Notes: generated by a model from the letters alone, not told the origin. Shown: positions 24,801 to 36,779, counted from the first letter of the stretch. The stretch is 64,000 bases of DNA from Takakia lepidozioides (GCA_030704615.1 CM060731.1:89032001-89096000), one strand, 5' to 3'. Made by a program: numbers and translations.

Positions 24801-27800
24801 CTGTGGGGTGAGTCTTTTGCCATTATTTGCTTTGTCTCTTTATGAGGATTGTCACAGTTATAAGGTGTACACACTACATTGTGACCGTGGTTAAGGGAAG
24901 GAGAACCTGTGTCTACTGAGCTTTGGAAAAGGGAACAGACACTACCTTTGTGAGGGGCTCACTCTGGTAGTGGGACTCCCCACCGCCAGTTTAAATTTCA
25001 GTCTAGTGCCGAGGGTAGGTATGCCCCTCAGATCATTTTTAAGGTCCTCGCCCATGTCACAGACTGCAATCAAGTTCAGGGAAGTTTCACGCCTAACTTC
25101 ATTCTCATTGGACAGTCTTCAGGCATCTGATATGGCTTTAGACACTACAACCTCCAGGTCAGCTTCATCCAGCAGGGCCAATTCTACTGGGCTAATATCC
25201 AGATAATCGAAAATCTCCTCTACCCTTTTCCACCAGGACTTGGCCTGTTTAACGGGACGTCTTGCTTCCAAGAAATAGAGTTGATTATCTTAGGGTATCT
25301 GGTATTAGACATGCATTCAACTGACCCCACCATCTGACCTTGAACTCATCACGTTGAGAGCTTGAGGTATGCCAAACTCGCCCCGAACAGCCAAGTCAGC
25401 TGTTCTAGAGCACGCTGACACACTCTTTTTGAGCACCGCAACCTGAATGGATTCTAGAGATTTAGCATGGTTGGACCCACACGGCAGATGGGTACTCCCT
25501 AATAATGTCACAAAGCATGATCCTCTTAACTTCAGTAACCCTGTAGTGGGAAAATTTAGTGAGACCCAAAGCTTTGCGTTTAGCTGTTTGAATCACTTTC
25601 TGTATTTGCGCGTCCCAGTTGCAACTGGAGGAAAACTCAACACCATGATATGCTTAGGAAGGGAGCACATGGATTTCTTGACCTCCCCATGTCCATTTGA
25701 GATCCCCTCCTACCTCCCCACGATCATTGAACTCCACCACTGCGCATTTACTAACATTGGCTTCTAACCTCCACAGGTGAAAGTACCTCGTCATGCAATC
25801 GATCAACTCCTGAAGATTGGATGGGTATCCCCTAGGCCTGCGAAGTCATCCGCAAACATAAGAGCTGGAATGGGGGCATCACCAACCTTTAACCCAGTCC
25901 CCTCACTATCCACATCCTCAAGTAGCTGTTTAATGAAAACATGAAGGAGCAGTTGGGAGAGGGTACAGCCTTGAGTTTCACCTTGGTTGATATCAAAGCT
26001 GTTAGACCTCCGTCCATTAACTGTAACACAACTATTGGTGTTCACATACAGATTGTGAACCATCTCCACATCCTGACCCCAGAAGACCAAAGTCAAAGCC
26101 ACAACCCGTCTCTCCACACTGTGTAGTAATTTCCTTTTTGACATAGAGTGGGCTTTCCTTCTTTTCTCCTTCCCTGGCTTAGGGTGAAGATATGGTCGAG
26201 GCAGCCCCTATTTATCTGAAAGCCTGGCCTTTATGGAAAACACCTCTAGACTCCAGATCTACCTCGATACTGGAACTTTTTAGCCTACCAAATATCTTGC
26301 CACCGGCGTTAAGAAGCATGATGCTGCGATAGTTCCCAGGCTCTTCTCTGTCACCTTTCTTATACAGATTGACAATGACACCCTCTCTTTAGCAGAAGGG
26401 AATTACTTCTGTCTTCCAAATAAGGTTAAAGAGAAGGGCAAGGGCCTGTACCATAAGATCGCGATCATGCTTGAAACCTATCAGGCCCCACCTCCTTTAT
26501 AGCCCTTTAGATGTTCTATAGTGTTAGTAATCGGAGAAGAACTATTGAAGAGAGAGAGAGATTGTGTGTGTGTACTCATAAGACATTGTTTGCCGTAGCC
26601 TTGTGGCCATTGACCCCGCGCCCGATTTGAGCGGAACACAAAGGGTCAGAAACTACCTTTGTTAGGGGCTGACGCCGGTAGTATGACTTACCTTGGAACA
26701 GACAATTGATCCGAGTTTTCCAGATATCCTTTACTCAAGCATCAATCTGCTGTGTGTGATTTGCCAAATAACTAGGCCCCAAAAGGGCCTGGACTTGGGC
26801 CTGGGCTTTCAAAGTTGGGTAAACAGAGGTACAGGAACAAATCCCTTGATGGATTTGAAGAGGGCGCCTCTCTGGTGAGAATACCCAGGACAATGAATCA
26901 GAAAGTGGATATTGTCTTCAGGTTGCCCACACAAGAGGTTTGCAATCCCCCTCTCTGCATCTGTTTGCTGTTCAAAGGTAGGCTTCCCGCCCTGAGTTTA
27001 AATTGCAGTCGAGTGCCGAGAGTGGGTAAACCCTTGAGGTCATCCGTGATGGCCTCACCCATTTCACAGACTGGAAACAAGTTCAGGGAAGTTTTCTGCC
27101 TAACTTCATTTTCATCAGACAACTTTCTGACATGGCTTTGGACACTGCAGCCTCAAAGTCAGATTTATCCAGCAGGGTCAAGACTTGTGGACTTAGATTC
27201 AGATCCTTGAGAATATCTTCTACCCCCTTCCGCCAGGACTGAGCCTGTTTGACAGGGCGATCCTGCTTCCAAGATATAGCGTCGATTACCTATCTGATAT
27301 TAGTCATACGTTGTAGCTGACCCCACCATCTGACCTTGAAGGGTATCTGGTGTTGGACATTTGTTGCAACTGACCCCACCATCTGTCCTTGAAATCATCT
27401 CGCCGGGAGCTTAAGGGAGGGATGCCAAACTCACCCTAAACAGCCACATTAGCTGTTTTGGAGCATGCTGACATGTACTCTTTAAGCACCCCCACTTGAA
27501 TGGATTCTAGAGACTTAGCTTGGTTGGAGTTATCAACCCACACTGCAGATGCATACTCCAAGGCAGGCCTAATGACGTGGCAATGCATGGAAAAATTTAG
27601 TGAGACCCAACGCTTTGCGTTTGCCAGATTGAACAACTTTTCGAATATGTGCATCCCAATTACAGTTGGAGGAAAACTCAACGCCAAGGTATGTGTAGGA
27701 AGGGAGGACAGGGATCTCTTGGCTTCCCCACTGCCACTTGAGATCGCCTCCAAAAACATTGAAGAGCAGAGGGGAGAGGGTACATCCTTGAGCTACACCT

Positions 27801-30800
27801 TGGTCTATGTCAAAGAAGTTAGACTTGTGTCCATTAACAGTGACACAGTTTTTGGTGTGAGTATATAAATTATGGACCATTCTCCACATCTTTCCCTTGA
27901 TCCCACATGACCAGAATCGGAGCCATAGACCATCTCTCCACACTGTGTCATAAGCCTTTTTAACATCCAAGAAAAAGACAAAAGTGGGTTTCCCTTTTAT
28001 TTTCCTTCCCTGGATTATCTGGCTTAGAGTGAAGATATGATCCACACAGCCCCTGTTTCTCGGAAAGCCAGCGTGGCCTTCATGGAAACAACCTCTAGAC
28101 TCCAGATCAACCTCGAGACGAGTACTTATAACTCTGCAAAATATCTTGCCAACTGTATTGAGGAACGTGATGCCTCGATAGTTCCCTGGCTCTTCTCTGT
28201 CACCTTTCTTGTGTAGATTGACAATGACCCCCTGTCGCCAGCAAAAGGGGATCTGAGAAGTAGAAGGGCCTCTATCATGGGGTTACCACCTAAGCTCGTT
28301 GACTATGCCATCAGGTCCACCAGCTTTATATCCATTTAAATGCTCAATTGCTTCCACAGTTTCTCAGAAGATCTAATGGGAGCGTTGTAACCCTTTGAAA
28401 TATACTCCAGTTCATCAGGGCTGTCTTGGATCATAGGAACAGTTTTTTCAACTGTGTCTTTCCATTCTTCAGAAGACCCCTCACTGTTAGACCTAGAATT
28501 TCTGCCAAGGCTACTGTAGTGAGTTTCAAAGGTTTTGACAATGTCAACCGTTGAAGTCAACACAGCACCCTTAGTAGTCCTCAGCGCTTGTACTTGCTGA
28601 CAATGTTTCGGCTTGTACAGACGTTGAAGGGCCAACCAGAATCTCTTGTCATTACCACGATGGTGGTTTGAGTTTATTTCACTTCGTTTCTTGCATTGCC
28701 AGAGCAAGACCGAAGATCTTGGAACGAATGGACAAAGTGAGGGAGAGCCTCTTGCAAGGCCTGGACATACTCAGCCTTGACTTCTCAGTCCAAACCAGGA
28801 ATTGGTCAGAGGTACCAATATCAGTTCTGTCATCAACACATTGGCACTCTGGGGAAACAAATTTTTGTCCATTACGATATAATCCGCAATGAAACGTTCC
28901 CCAGTTTGGGCTTTCTCATGAGTCCACGGCACTTGGTCTCGTGTTGACCTATTATTCAAGGTCAAAAGCTGAAGTTCTTCGAGACAGTTTATCAACCGTC
29001 TTCCATTAGATTTCAGCTCATCCTCACCAAAAGGCCCAATGGTATCATCCTGATGAAGACGTTTACGCCCTCGCGCATTGAAGTCACCCAATAAGACCAC
29101 CTGACCGTTGGTGAGGAACTTAGCACAGTCCAGCTTGACGTCTTCAAATACTTTGTCTGCGTCAGCACTACGGGTCCCGTCTGTGGGCATGTAAACACAA
29201 CCCACAAACAGGTCCTTTCTACTCACGCCGCTCTCAATTTCAGTTTCAGCCAGATACTGTGCTCATACTGCAAACCGTTGTTGATAATTTCACAATTGTC
29301 ACATAAGAAATCATGGACAAGGAAGCCAACACCTTTTTGACCACACTTGGCAGAGAGGCCACCTTAAGTGCACACATCTTACCAAACCATCTATAACCAT
29401 TGACATCTTCATCCAGTTTGTCCGAAGTTTCCCATGTCTCTTGCCCTGCACAGATATGAATACCATTTGCCTGAAGAACTTGTCCCACTTCAAATTGTTT
29501 CCTTTGGTTAGTCAGCCCCGAGAAGTTGAAAGTGCCCAGCTGCAAGCCAGCCCTTTCATATGGATTGTTTGCCGTCTTAGGTAGCCTATGATTGCTCCTG
29601 GACGGCCAACCGATACCCCGTGTGGAGATTTTGCTCATCTTCTGTAAAATTTAAGGATTGGAAAATCATTCTGAGTACCATATCCTTCAGTCACATGACG
29701 CTCAGACTCAGCTATTCCGTCTGGCTGCTTGGTATCAACCTCATCCAGGGCATCAAACTGGTTAGAAACTTTCAAGTTGAAGTCCCCACCCTTGGTTGTC
29801 TTTCGAGAGCGCCTCATTGAATCACCAATGTCTAAGACCGCAGTCAAGGGACAAACTTCTTTGAAATTCATTTGATGTGAGACTCTATTTGTAGCATTTT
29901 TGATCATTGAAACCTTCAAAGTACCTCTGTTTTCAAGTCTCGAGATGGTGCCATTAGCCACATAATCCAAGACTAAGCTGGAGCAGGTAGTTTTAAAGGA
30001 CACATCGTCCATCCTGGGATTCACCCCAAAAACTACAGAAGAAGCCCTAGATTTGGCATAAGTAACCATTTCACAGGAATCACCCTGGTGAGTGTTGCAT
30101 CGTCATGGCAAATTATATTGATAGATTCCGCAGGCTATTAGTTTAAGCACAAGGACCAACCCTAGCCCAGCAGTGCCGAGCATGCTAGACAGAGCAAACC
30201 TATTCTAAAGAGGGAGACGCCCCAAACTCTCCAACTAAATCCAATGCACTACCTTACCCGAAGCAGAGTGCTTCAGGTCAAAACAAACAAAGACACCAGG
30301 TCACAAGGCTGGCATTTAGTCAGAGAGACATTTATCTACTCCCATATCAAGTCCACCCAATGGCAATAGGCTTCCTAGAGGACAGGAAGAGAAATAGAGG
30401 GAGAGAGAGAGAAAGTGTGTGTGTGTTTGTGCATAATCACCAAAGTTCCAACTTCCGGTGCTCTCTTGTCACAAACTTTGAAGCTGAAAACATTGCAGTT
30501 TAAAACATAATAAAATCGGCATATCCAGGAAACATGGTAGAAAACTTTGACCATCTATATACAATACTTAAGATTTTGAGCTCTTGTTGATGGGTGGTGG
30601 GTTGCAGGTCAGTGCTGGTGCTGAATGGAAATGGTGCTGATGTGGCGAAGCACGCCGTTCCTGCTGTACCAAGTCAACGGTATGTCTGAAAGTCTTGAAA
30701 GCCCTTTAGATAGGCAACTTTAGCACAGTTTCACACATTCTAGGCAAGCCAGGTAAGATAAAAGGACAAATTGTTACACACTAAGGGCTAATTCTTTTTT

Positions 30801-31049
30801 ATAGGGATTACCATGTGTAGTGTTGAGGAACCATAGACAGAATGTAGTATTCCCTGCAATTTGCTGGCCCTGGCATAGTGGGCTGGAGATGTGGGGTTGA
30901 GAAGCTTACACTTATTTGTATTGGATGCACCTTGCAGGATATCTATTACATTTCGAAAGATGGACCCGTCAAAGGTCCCAGTAGGGTTTGTTCCAGACCA
31001 CGACTTGCAAGACCTCCGGCTTGCTAATCTCCCCTCGCCCCATGCCTAG
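15405..31049 (+). CDS. ALKBH9: ALKBH9-type AlkB Fe(II)/2-oxoglutarate dioxygenase (m6A RNA demethylase), 7 exons, about 538 aa
   Basis: Exons 15405-15825, 16597-16827, 22607-22990, 23454-23539, 24497-24807, 30608-30679 and 30938-31049 join in phase (1617 nt). Motifs RKKDFVCMERIQG, KGRITIQFGCCYNYA, PDSCIINIYEEGDCIPPHIDHHDF (HxD), AKHAVP (H) and RISITFRK. Confidence 0.92.
16597..16827 (+). CDS. ALKBH9: ALKBH9 exon 2
   Basis: TTAGCAG acceptor and AAG|GTATAG donor, open frame, phase 1/1. Low-complexity linker. Confidence 0.65.
17130..18400 (+). mobile_element. Degenerate Penelope-like retroelement (Naiad/Chlamys-type RT) in ALKBH9 intron 2
   Basis: Ordered PLE RT motifs: SNNFVFVHKKHY (about 17138), NSWVLKGS (about 17485), GDFSTLYTK (about 17654), QSIGI*TGVNGAVF.YLLTYEFEF and SRSVDDFL (17900-18050), DIFDRCSQPQY...FSRLCSSKELFVSQM...KGY (18160-18320). 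Confidence 0.75.
18471..19500 (+). mobile_element. 5'-truncated RTE/RTEX-like LINE, copy 1
   Basis: ORF2 C-terminus with CNCPLCGQLEDNIHF. Conserved 3' end ...CTACGGCAAACAATGTCTTATGAGTACA. Flanked by (CT)n on both sides. Confidence 0.85.
20180..21372 (+). mobile_element. 5'-truncated RTE/RTEX-like LINE, copy 2, with TSD
   Basis: YTYLGVEF, RPALEYGSAIW and CPLCGQSEDSIHFLIHC. 13-bp TSD CTTTCCCGCGAGG (20167-20179) / CTTTCCTGCGAGG (21373-21385). Confidence 0.9.
21890..21925 (-). mobile_element. 36-bp ultra-truncated LINE insertion with 10-bp TSD
   Basis: Reverse complement AAGGCTACGGCAAACAGCGTCTTATGAGTACATTCT. TSD ATTTGTGCAG (21880-21889) / ATTTGTGTAG (21926-21935). Confidence 0.85.
22607..22990 (+). 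CDS. ALKBH9: ALKBH9 exon 3
   Basis: CTGCAG acceptor and G|GTATGT donor. Encodes KRKKDFVCMERIQGRLVNVAEGLELHTGVFS. Confidence 0.9.
23454..23539 (+). CDS. ALKBH9: ALKBH9 exon 4
   Basis: ERTYSEPRKWMRGKGRITIQFGCCYNYAV with TTGCAG/GTCAGT borders. Confidence 0.95.
24497..24807 (+). CDS. ALKBH9: ALKBH9 exon 5 (HxD motif)
   Basis: DKYGNLPGI...PPHIDHHDFLRPFCTLSLLS...IPLPVG with ATCAG/GTGAGT borders. Confidence 0.95.
24880..26490 (-). mobile_element. Diverged RTE/RTEX-like LINE with internal deletions (intron 5)
   Basis: RT motifs QGETQGCTLSQLL, LMFADDFAGL, WRLEANVSKC and AKSLESIQV. Confidence 0.85.
26571..30400 (-). mobile_element. Near full-length RTE/RTEX-like LINE (ORF1-like region, APE, RT, C-terminal zinc motif), decayed
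   Basis: APE motifs GTFNFSGL, GQETW, VYMP, LGDFNAR and IADYI. RT DHIFTL, FLDVKKAYDTVWRDGLW and QGCTLSPLLFNVF; FADD segment deleted. Same 3' end as the other copies. (GA)n(TG)n on both flanks. 5' boundary approximate. Confidence 0.88.
30608..30679 (+). CDS. ALKBH9: ALKBH9 exon 6
   Basis: SVLVLNGNGADVAKHAVPAVPSQR with TTGCAG/GTATGT borders. Confidence 0.95.
30938..31049 (+). CDS. ALKBH9: ALKBH9 exon 7
   Basis: ISITFRKMDPSKVPVGFVPDHDLQDL...PHA*, TAG at 31047-31049. Confidence 0.9.
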
Positions 31050-32199
31050 AGCGAAAACTTGTTGCAACCAACATCGGCCGGGCTATCGGGTGACAATGAG
31101 AGTGAAGTTTTCTCAGCCGTTGCCACTGACAAGGGAAGTGTCACAAATATCAAGATGATGCCAGCCAACCCCATCATCAAGAGGGTTTTACAAAGTCCTG
31201 GTACTGGCCAAGGCTCTCTCTCAAATGGAGAGAGTGGTTATCCACCATTGCACTTAGATCTTGCCTCAGTCAGGAGGGTCTCCAAAGCTGTCACTTCTCT
31301 ATCTTTTTCCTTCACTTCTGCTTTTTGCTTTCTGATAGCTGCCAATGCTTTCTGTGTCTTTGGGCGGATGGGTCTAGTTTCTCCTGCTGTCTTATCCTGA
31401 GCTGAAATTGGAGTTGTGGGACGAGATAAAGCTGACTCATCTAAAACTGAGAGGAAGAGATGTGTTCTTGTATACACCATGCACACATTCCCTTTTTTTT
31501 TTCTCTCTTTTTTTTTTGTTTCTTTTGACGAAAGGGGAGGAAGAAGCCCTTGAGAGCTTTATTGAATATTATTGAAGGGAAAAAAACCAAAACCCTTACA
31601 AGCCCGAAAGCTGCCATGAGCCTGCCAGACACACGGGAGACCGTGTTTGCCCTTTTTTTTGACATTATGAGAAATTTTCAATGGCATGTAAAACCCAGCT
31701 GCAATGTAAATCCAGTTCATTATATTTTCAAGGCTGAGTCATTGGACGGAAGAATGCCATGAGTGTGGCGCGGTGTAACGTGTCAGATTCTACATGTGCG
31801 ATGAACCTCTTTTGTCGGGCAGTTGATGAAGAGGTCTAGGATTGGTTAGTGGTTTAACACTCCTCTAGGTGCCACGTCAATGGTCATGAATCCAGCTGTA
31901 AATGGAGTAAACATCCTGCGTTATGATGGCCCTTAAAATAACGATCGCTTTCTTATTTAAATGGAGTTGGATGAATGGGGGGGGACGAAAGTCTATAAGA
32001 GGACACAAGTGTTTAATTTTATGGGTTATAATCTAATTATGGATGAAAGTAGATGTTACTATTCTCAAAGGAGGAGACAATGAGTAGGGAAGGAGGTGAG
32101 GTGACTTGTAGTTCTTGTTGCTTCTTGAATGCTAACAAGGCTTCTTTGGTTTTGCCCACATGAACCCTGCTTGGCTTTAGAAGAGATCCATTTCTTCCC

Positions 32200-32300
32200 A
32201 CCGGAAAGCACATGGTTTTGTCACTCCTTTCTATCAAGGCATCACATTGAGGGTGATACGTATCAACATACTTATTTTTGCCTCTTGTCAGTTTAAGGAA
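32200..32300 (-). mobile_element. Ty3 integrase remnant
   Basis: TYHPQCDALIERSDKT resembles the integrase YHPQxxGxxERxN motif. Confidence 0.4.
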
Positions 32301-34733
32301 AGACATGAACCACCCAGAGAGTGACTTTGATTTTGTACACCACAACTCTCCCACCGAATGCTAATCCACACTATAAGAATTTTGTACCAATCTGTACACC
32401 AATCCACACCGTACATACATGTAGTGGAAGAAATCGTGGAATCAATTACACAGCGTTGCAGTTCCCACGCTGCAACAAAGAGTCATATCACGATCATGGC
32501 GCAGAAGACACCGACACAAAGTACTGATGACCGCTTTGGAGTCAGGATTACACTCGTCCCTTCCACATTCAAGCATCTAGATCTGCATGCTTGGTTCGGG
32601 TAACTACGCCAAACCATTCTAAGGAAGAACCAGAAGACTCAAAACACTGAACGTTCAAGCTGGGAGGACTGCACTTACAAACGGCAAGTGGTGAAGGAAC
32701 CTTCCATGGTGGTGCGTGGTAGTTGTTGCTCAACACAAATATATATTCACACATGTGAACTTCCCTCTAGCGCCACATAGTAGAACTGTGCAAATGGATC
32801 AAGGTGTCGACTTGCTCAAGCAAGAAAGTATGAGGGTAACATTACTGATCGAGCCAGCTGCTAGCAACTAACGTACTCCAATCATACGAATTCCGCTCTC
32901 AGTCACTACTGGCAGGTTTTGACATAAATCATTTGGTAATCTTCAAGAATACGTCCAGGCATACAGCATTTACAGTGCAGGCCGCACGTAACCCGATTTG
33001 CAGAATTGCACGGGGATCGTAGATTAGATCAAGTGTTTGAGGTTCAGACTATGAGGTTCCGATAAGAGGAATTGTACTTAGATTATAATATTTGCAGACC
33101 TCGGGGATCTAAGGTACTGGAGGAAAACACATAGCGAGGTTCGGTGGATCAGTAGCAAAGGTTGATATAATAAAATTTCAAGTGCACAATAGCGGTCCTG
33201 ACACAAGTTTTTATCCTCATCTGGAAGACGCTGCAAGCTTAAGTTTTCGAGAACTTGCACAGACTGCTGGATGGGCAATTGAAGGCAATTCGAATTTAAA
33301 TAGGAGTTTCGAAGATTCTTCATCAAGTCATCAATTGAAACGAAGGCTCATCTGGCCAACCGATCAGATTGCAGATCAAGTGTTTGAGCTTTGATTTTGA
33401 TCAGACCATACTATGAGCATGGGACTTTGAGTCGATTCCGTTAGCCTACCTTTGTGTAGGAGATTAGAGAAAGATGGTTCATATGGTCGACCGAATGGTT
33501 ACACTGACTGAACTCAGATACATGTATCTTGCTCTCTCAGCAGTTGCTGTCTACTGCACTGAATGAAGCTCGCTTATCTCTAAAGACGAAACTCTCTTGG
33601 TATATTAGGAAATTAGCACGGACTGGTCTCCATGCGTGTGGTTATCTCAAGTGACAATGCTCAAAGCTGCTAATAGTTGAGACACTGATCAAGGTATGTC
33701 AAACATTGCGGTCTCGACAGTGACGTTCGTCTGAAACTCAAAGATCGGAAAATAAGCTAAATTGTCTGGACCATCTTGGTCGTGTCTCATCATCTTGACA
33801 AATTGAGCTCAACAACTTGACTGCAAACATTCGACAAAAAGTTGAACCTTGCTTCACAAGGTCAACACTCCAATTCATAAGAATTATCACTGTACAAGTG
33901 TTCAGGTTGCAGACTGAGCTTAGCTTTTCCTGCACCCTGCCTAAAGATATGCCGCTCTAGGATTCCGGGAGTCTGCAATAAAATGACGTCAAAAGTCGCA
34001 TCTCATTGGTGGCAGACTCACTGCACCAATGAGACCACATCTGGCCAGCATAGCTACAGATATATTATTCACACTTACGTCCCTACAGCCCACTGGCTGC
34101 CTTTGATGTGACGACGACCTACGTTGCCACAGCAAGTTCTGTCCGCTGACTCAACTGAGATGCATAGGAGTACGCATGCATGCCTCTGAAACCGCAGTAC
34201 ATCGTTCGCTGTGAGGGTCCAAGTAGAAAATGGTAGCCCTCGCATCCTTCACCCAAGTGACCGCAAACATGTCCTCAGGGAACGTTAATGCTGCAACCAC
34301 TAGGTAGCACTAGTTCTGGAAACTTGCGCGTTTTTCCACAGAAAAGAGGTCCGCGGAGTCCCATGTGGTTGCACCCTGATTATTCTAGATGTTGGACGCC
34401 AAAGCATACGATGCACAAGGACAGAAACCAAAATTGGATTTGCACAAAACCAACTCTCTGTCCGTCCATAGCCTAGCTCCCTACTCACGAGAAAGAGTAG
34501 ATCTCGCTACTTACGGGATTAGATTCCTGGACGGAAGCAGTACCGAACACACCACTCTCAAAGTCGTTCTTGGACCACAGAATCTTGTTCACCACCGGTC
34601 ATCTCTCCAAGCGCCAGACTAGATATTAAGCTCCAGCACCTTGAAAATTCAGCTCGAAGAATAGTAGCCCCTGACACATCTACAGGCTCAGAGGCAAGAA
34701 CTAGTGCATAAAGAGGCTACTAGCACATTGAGC

Positions 34734-36353
34734 TCAAGCAACCATCTGACTGGTTGAATGTTCCATAAACTCTTTCCATTTCTCAGACTTGTCTTGAGAT
34801 GGGGAATCGCCGGTACCGTTGTAGAGCTCCCACACTTTGTGCTGCAGGAAGCGGACATATTCCAAGGTCTGGCCGAGCATGGACACTGTGTCCAACCGTT
34901 CGCCATTTGGGACAAGGGTTTGCAAAATGCGGATTCGGTCGCTAAACTTCTCTCTGCGCGTGCGTGCTGCAATGCTTTGGGGATCAGTTGCAGTGCCATG
35001 ACGCCGACGTATTTTGGGAGGGGGTGGGCTCACAGGTGGGTCTGTTGAACTGTGGAAGCGGAACTCTTGGTTTCCTTGTGTTTTGTACAGCAATGCGCTC
35101 AATGCCGCTGCATCAAACTTGTCTGTGTTCTTCGCAGTCTCAAACATCTGAAGCCTTGTTGACATTGAAGGGCCGCCAAACTTGGGGAGGCTAACCAGTG
35201 AAGACGACACTGGGGGATTTCCTGCTGCCGTGGTGAGAGAAGAGAGCTGCATTGCTGAGAAGGAACGCTTGATGCCGCTGGCACTGAATTCAGGCATCTT
35301 TTTCTGAATATCGTCTTCCCTCAGAGCAGAGACGTGTGGCATGGTCACGGTGCCGGTAGATGTAGACCCGTGTACAGAGGTTGCAAAAAGGTGTGGATCC
35401 AGAGGTGTAGTAGGAGAGCCTGGCATACGCACCGGGGACCTCTCAGGATAGCCTATTTGCTGTTTAACGAGCTGTGAAAGTTGGTCGGTACCTTGCTGCA
35501 AGGAATCCATCCATGGCTGGTCAGACCATCGCAAACGGCGCTGCTGCTCAGTTGCATTGAAGCTGGAACCAGGCTGTTTGGCTGGTATGAGAAGCTGACC
35601 CGGTTTCGCAATGCCGCCGTTAGTACACACTGATGAATTTTCCTTCTCTTCCCCGCCCACAAGAAACGAGTGGCAGAAGTCAGGTGAGGCACTCGTATTA
35701 GCCCTGGACTCAGCTGCGGAGGAAACCGCTGAAGCCATGGGGGTGTTACGAATGCTGCTTTCATTCTCAGTGTCCTTCGCTGCAGTGCTATGGTGCGAGG
35801 ACACGAGACATTCCAATTCACCCGAAAATGCGTTTCCGCATGGGCCGTTGTCTGCAGTGTCGTCCAGCATTGGATCGAAGCGAAAAGCCAAGTCTGTGAG
35901 GAGGGACGTGAGGTTGGCAGGGGACCTTAGCATTGACTCGGTATCGGTCATCATGTCTTGCGGTATCCAGAAGCCATCCGCACAGTTGACAATCGAGTCC
36001 CGCTCTCCCATGCTGCCTCCATAGCTCAGGCTGTCGTTGCTGAAGGAGTGGTCCGACAGCTGGGGTTCCCCAATCCCTGGAGACAGGCTCGCTACCAGCT
36101 GCTCCTTGCTGGGCAGCATGGTAGACGACACCTCGTTCCGCGGGTCTGACGGCCCTGCTGGAAGCACCGTTACCGGTGATCCAACAGAAAAACTTGGAGT
36201 ACTGCATGAGCCGGTGGTGACTGACTCAAACGAGGAGTTGCGAGAAATCCCCAGGGCCGAGGCACGCCCAGGGATCCCAACTTGGCCTTGTGCCATCAGA
36301 TAGCTGCTCACTAACGATGTGAGATTGTTGTCATCCGGCTGGTGGTAGTCCAT
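34734..36353 (-). CDS. Intronless bHLH transcription factor, class VIII (RSL-related), 539 aa
   Basis: C-terminal bHLH RRRHGTATDPQSIAARTRREKFSDRIRILQTLVPNGERLDTVSMLGQTLEYVRFLQHKVWEL after a long S/P-rich N-terminus. CT-rich 5' leader at 36405-36426. Confidence 0.93.
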   Translation of the reverse strand: MDYHQPDDNNLTSLVSSYLMAQGQVGIPGRASALGISRNSSFESVTTGSCSTPSFSVGSPVTVLPAGPSDPRNEVSSTMLPSKEQLVASLSPGIGEPQLSDHSFSNDSLSYGGSMGERDSIVNCADGFWIPQDMMTDTESMLRSPANLTSLLTDLAFRFDPMLDDTADNGPCGNAFSGELECLVSSHHSTAAKDTENESSIRNTPMASAVSSAAESRANTSASPDFCHSFLVGGEEKENSSVCTNGGIAKPGQLLIPAKQPGSSFNATEQQRRLRWSDQPWMDSLQQGTDQLSQLVKQQIGYPERSPVRMPGSPTTPLDPHLFATSVHGSTSTGTVTMPHVSALREDDIQKKMPEFSASGIKRSFSAMQLSSLTTAAGNPPVSSSLVSLPKFGGPSMSTRLQMFETAKNTDKFDAAALSALLYKTQGNQEFRFHSSTDPPVSPPPPKIRRRHGTATDPQSIAARTRREKFSDRIRILQTLVPNGERLDTVSMLGQTLEYVRFLQHKVWELYNGTGDSPSQDKSEKWKEFMEHSTSQMVA

Positions 36354-36709
36354 AACAAATTTTTCGTACTGAAGAGAGAGTAAGAACTAGCAGAGTCGAC
36401 AACTGTGAGAGAGAGAGAGAGAGAGATAGAAGGTGAGAAGGAAGGAGTGTGAAGGGGCAGTGGAGTGGAGGCGAGGTGCACTAGTAGGTAGTGCAGCCCT
36501 GCTTTGTGTCCACTATTACACCGTGTTGTGTGGGCCCCATCTTGCCATGCCACCTGAACACATTCATCCGCACATCTATTCAACGGCCACTACACCAAAA
36601 CACATATCTTGGGATGTGGGCCGTGCGTGACTTTGACAAAACTAACTTCTTCCTAAATTACCGACACCAGAGCAGAAAGGGAAGGGAAAGAGGACAGTAC
36701 ATCTAGGCA

Positions 36710-36779
36710 TCAGGATTTGAGCCCAGCATCACTTGGGTGGCACCACATGCTGGGCTATGTGTGTAGGTTCAAATCCTGA
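36710..36779. repeat. SINE-derived hairpin upstream of the bHLH gene
   Basis: TCAGGATTTGA (36710-36720) pairs with TCAAATCCTGA (36769-36779), and AGCCCAGCAT pairs with ATGCTGGGCT. The left arm matches the SINE family 2 B-box region at 52950-52983. Confidence 0.7.

Noticed and set aside
34688-36303. Antisense and alternative-frame ORFs over the bHLH (likewise over gag and the LINEs)
   Set aside because: They are shadow ORFs of GC-rich coding sequence.
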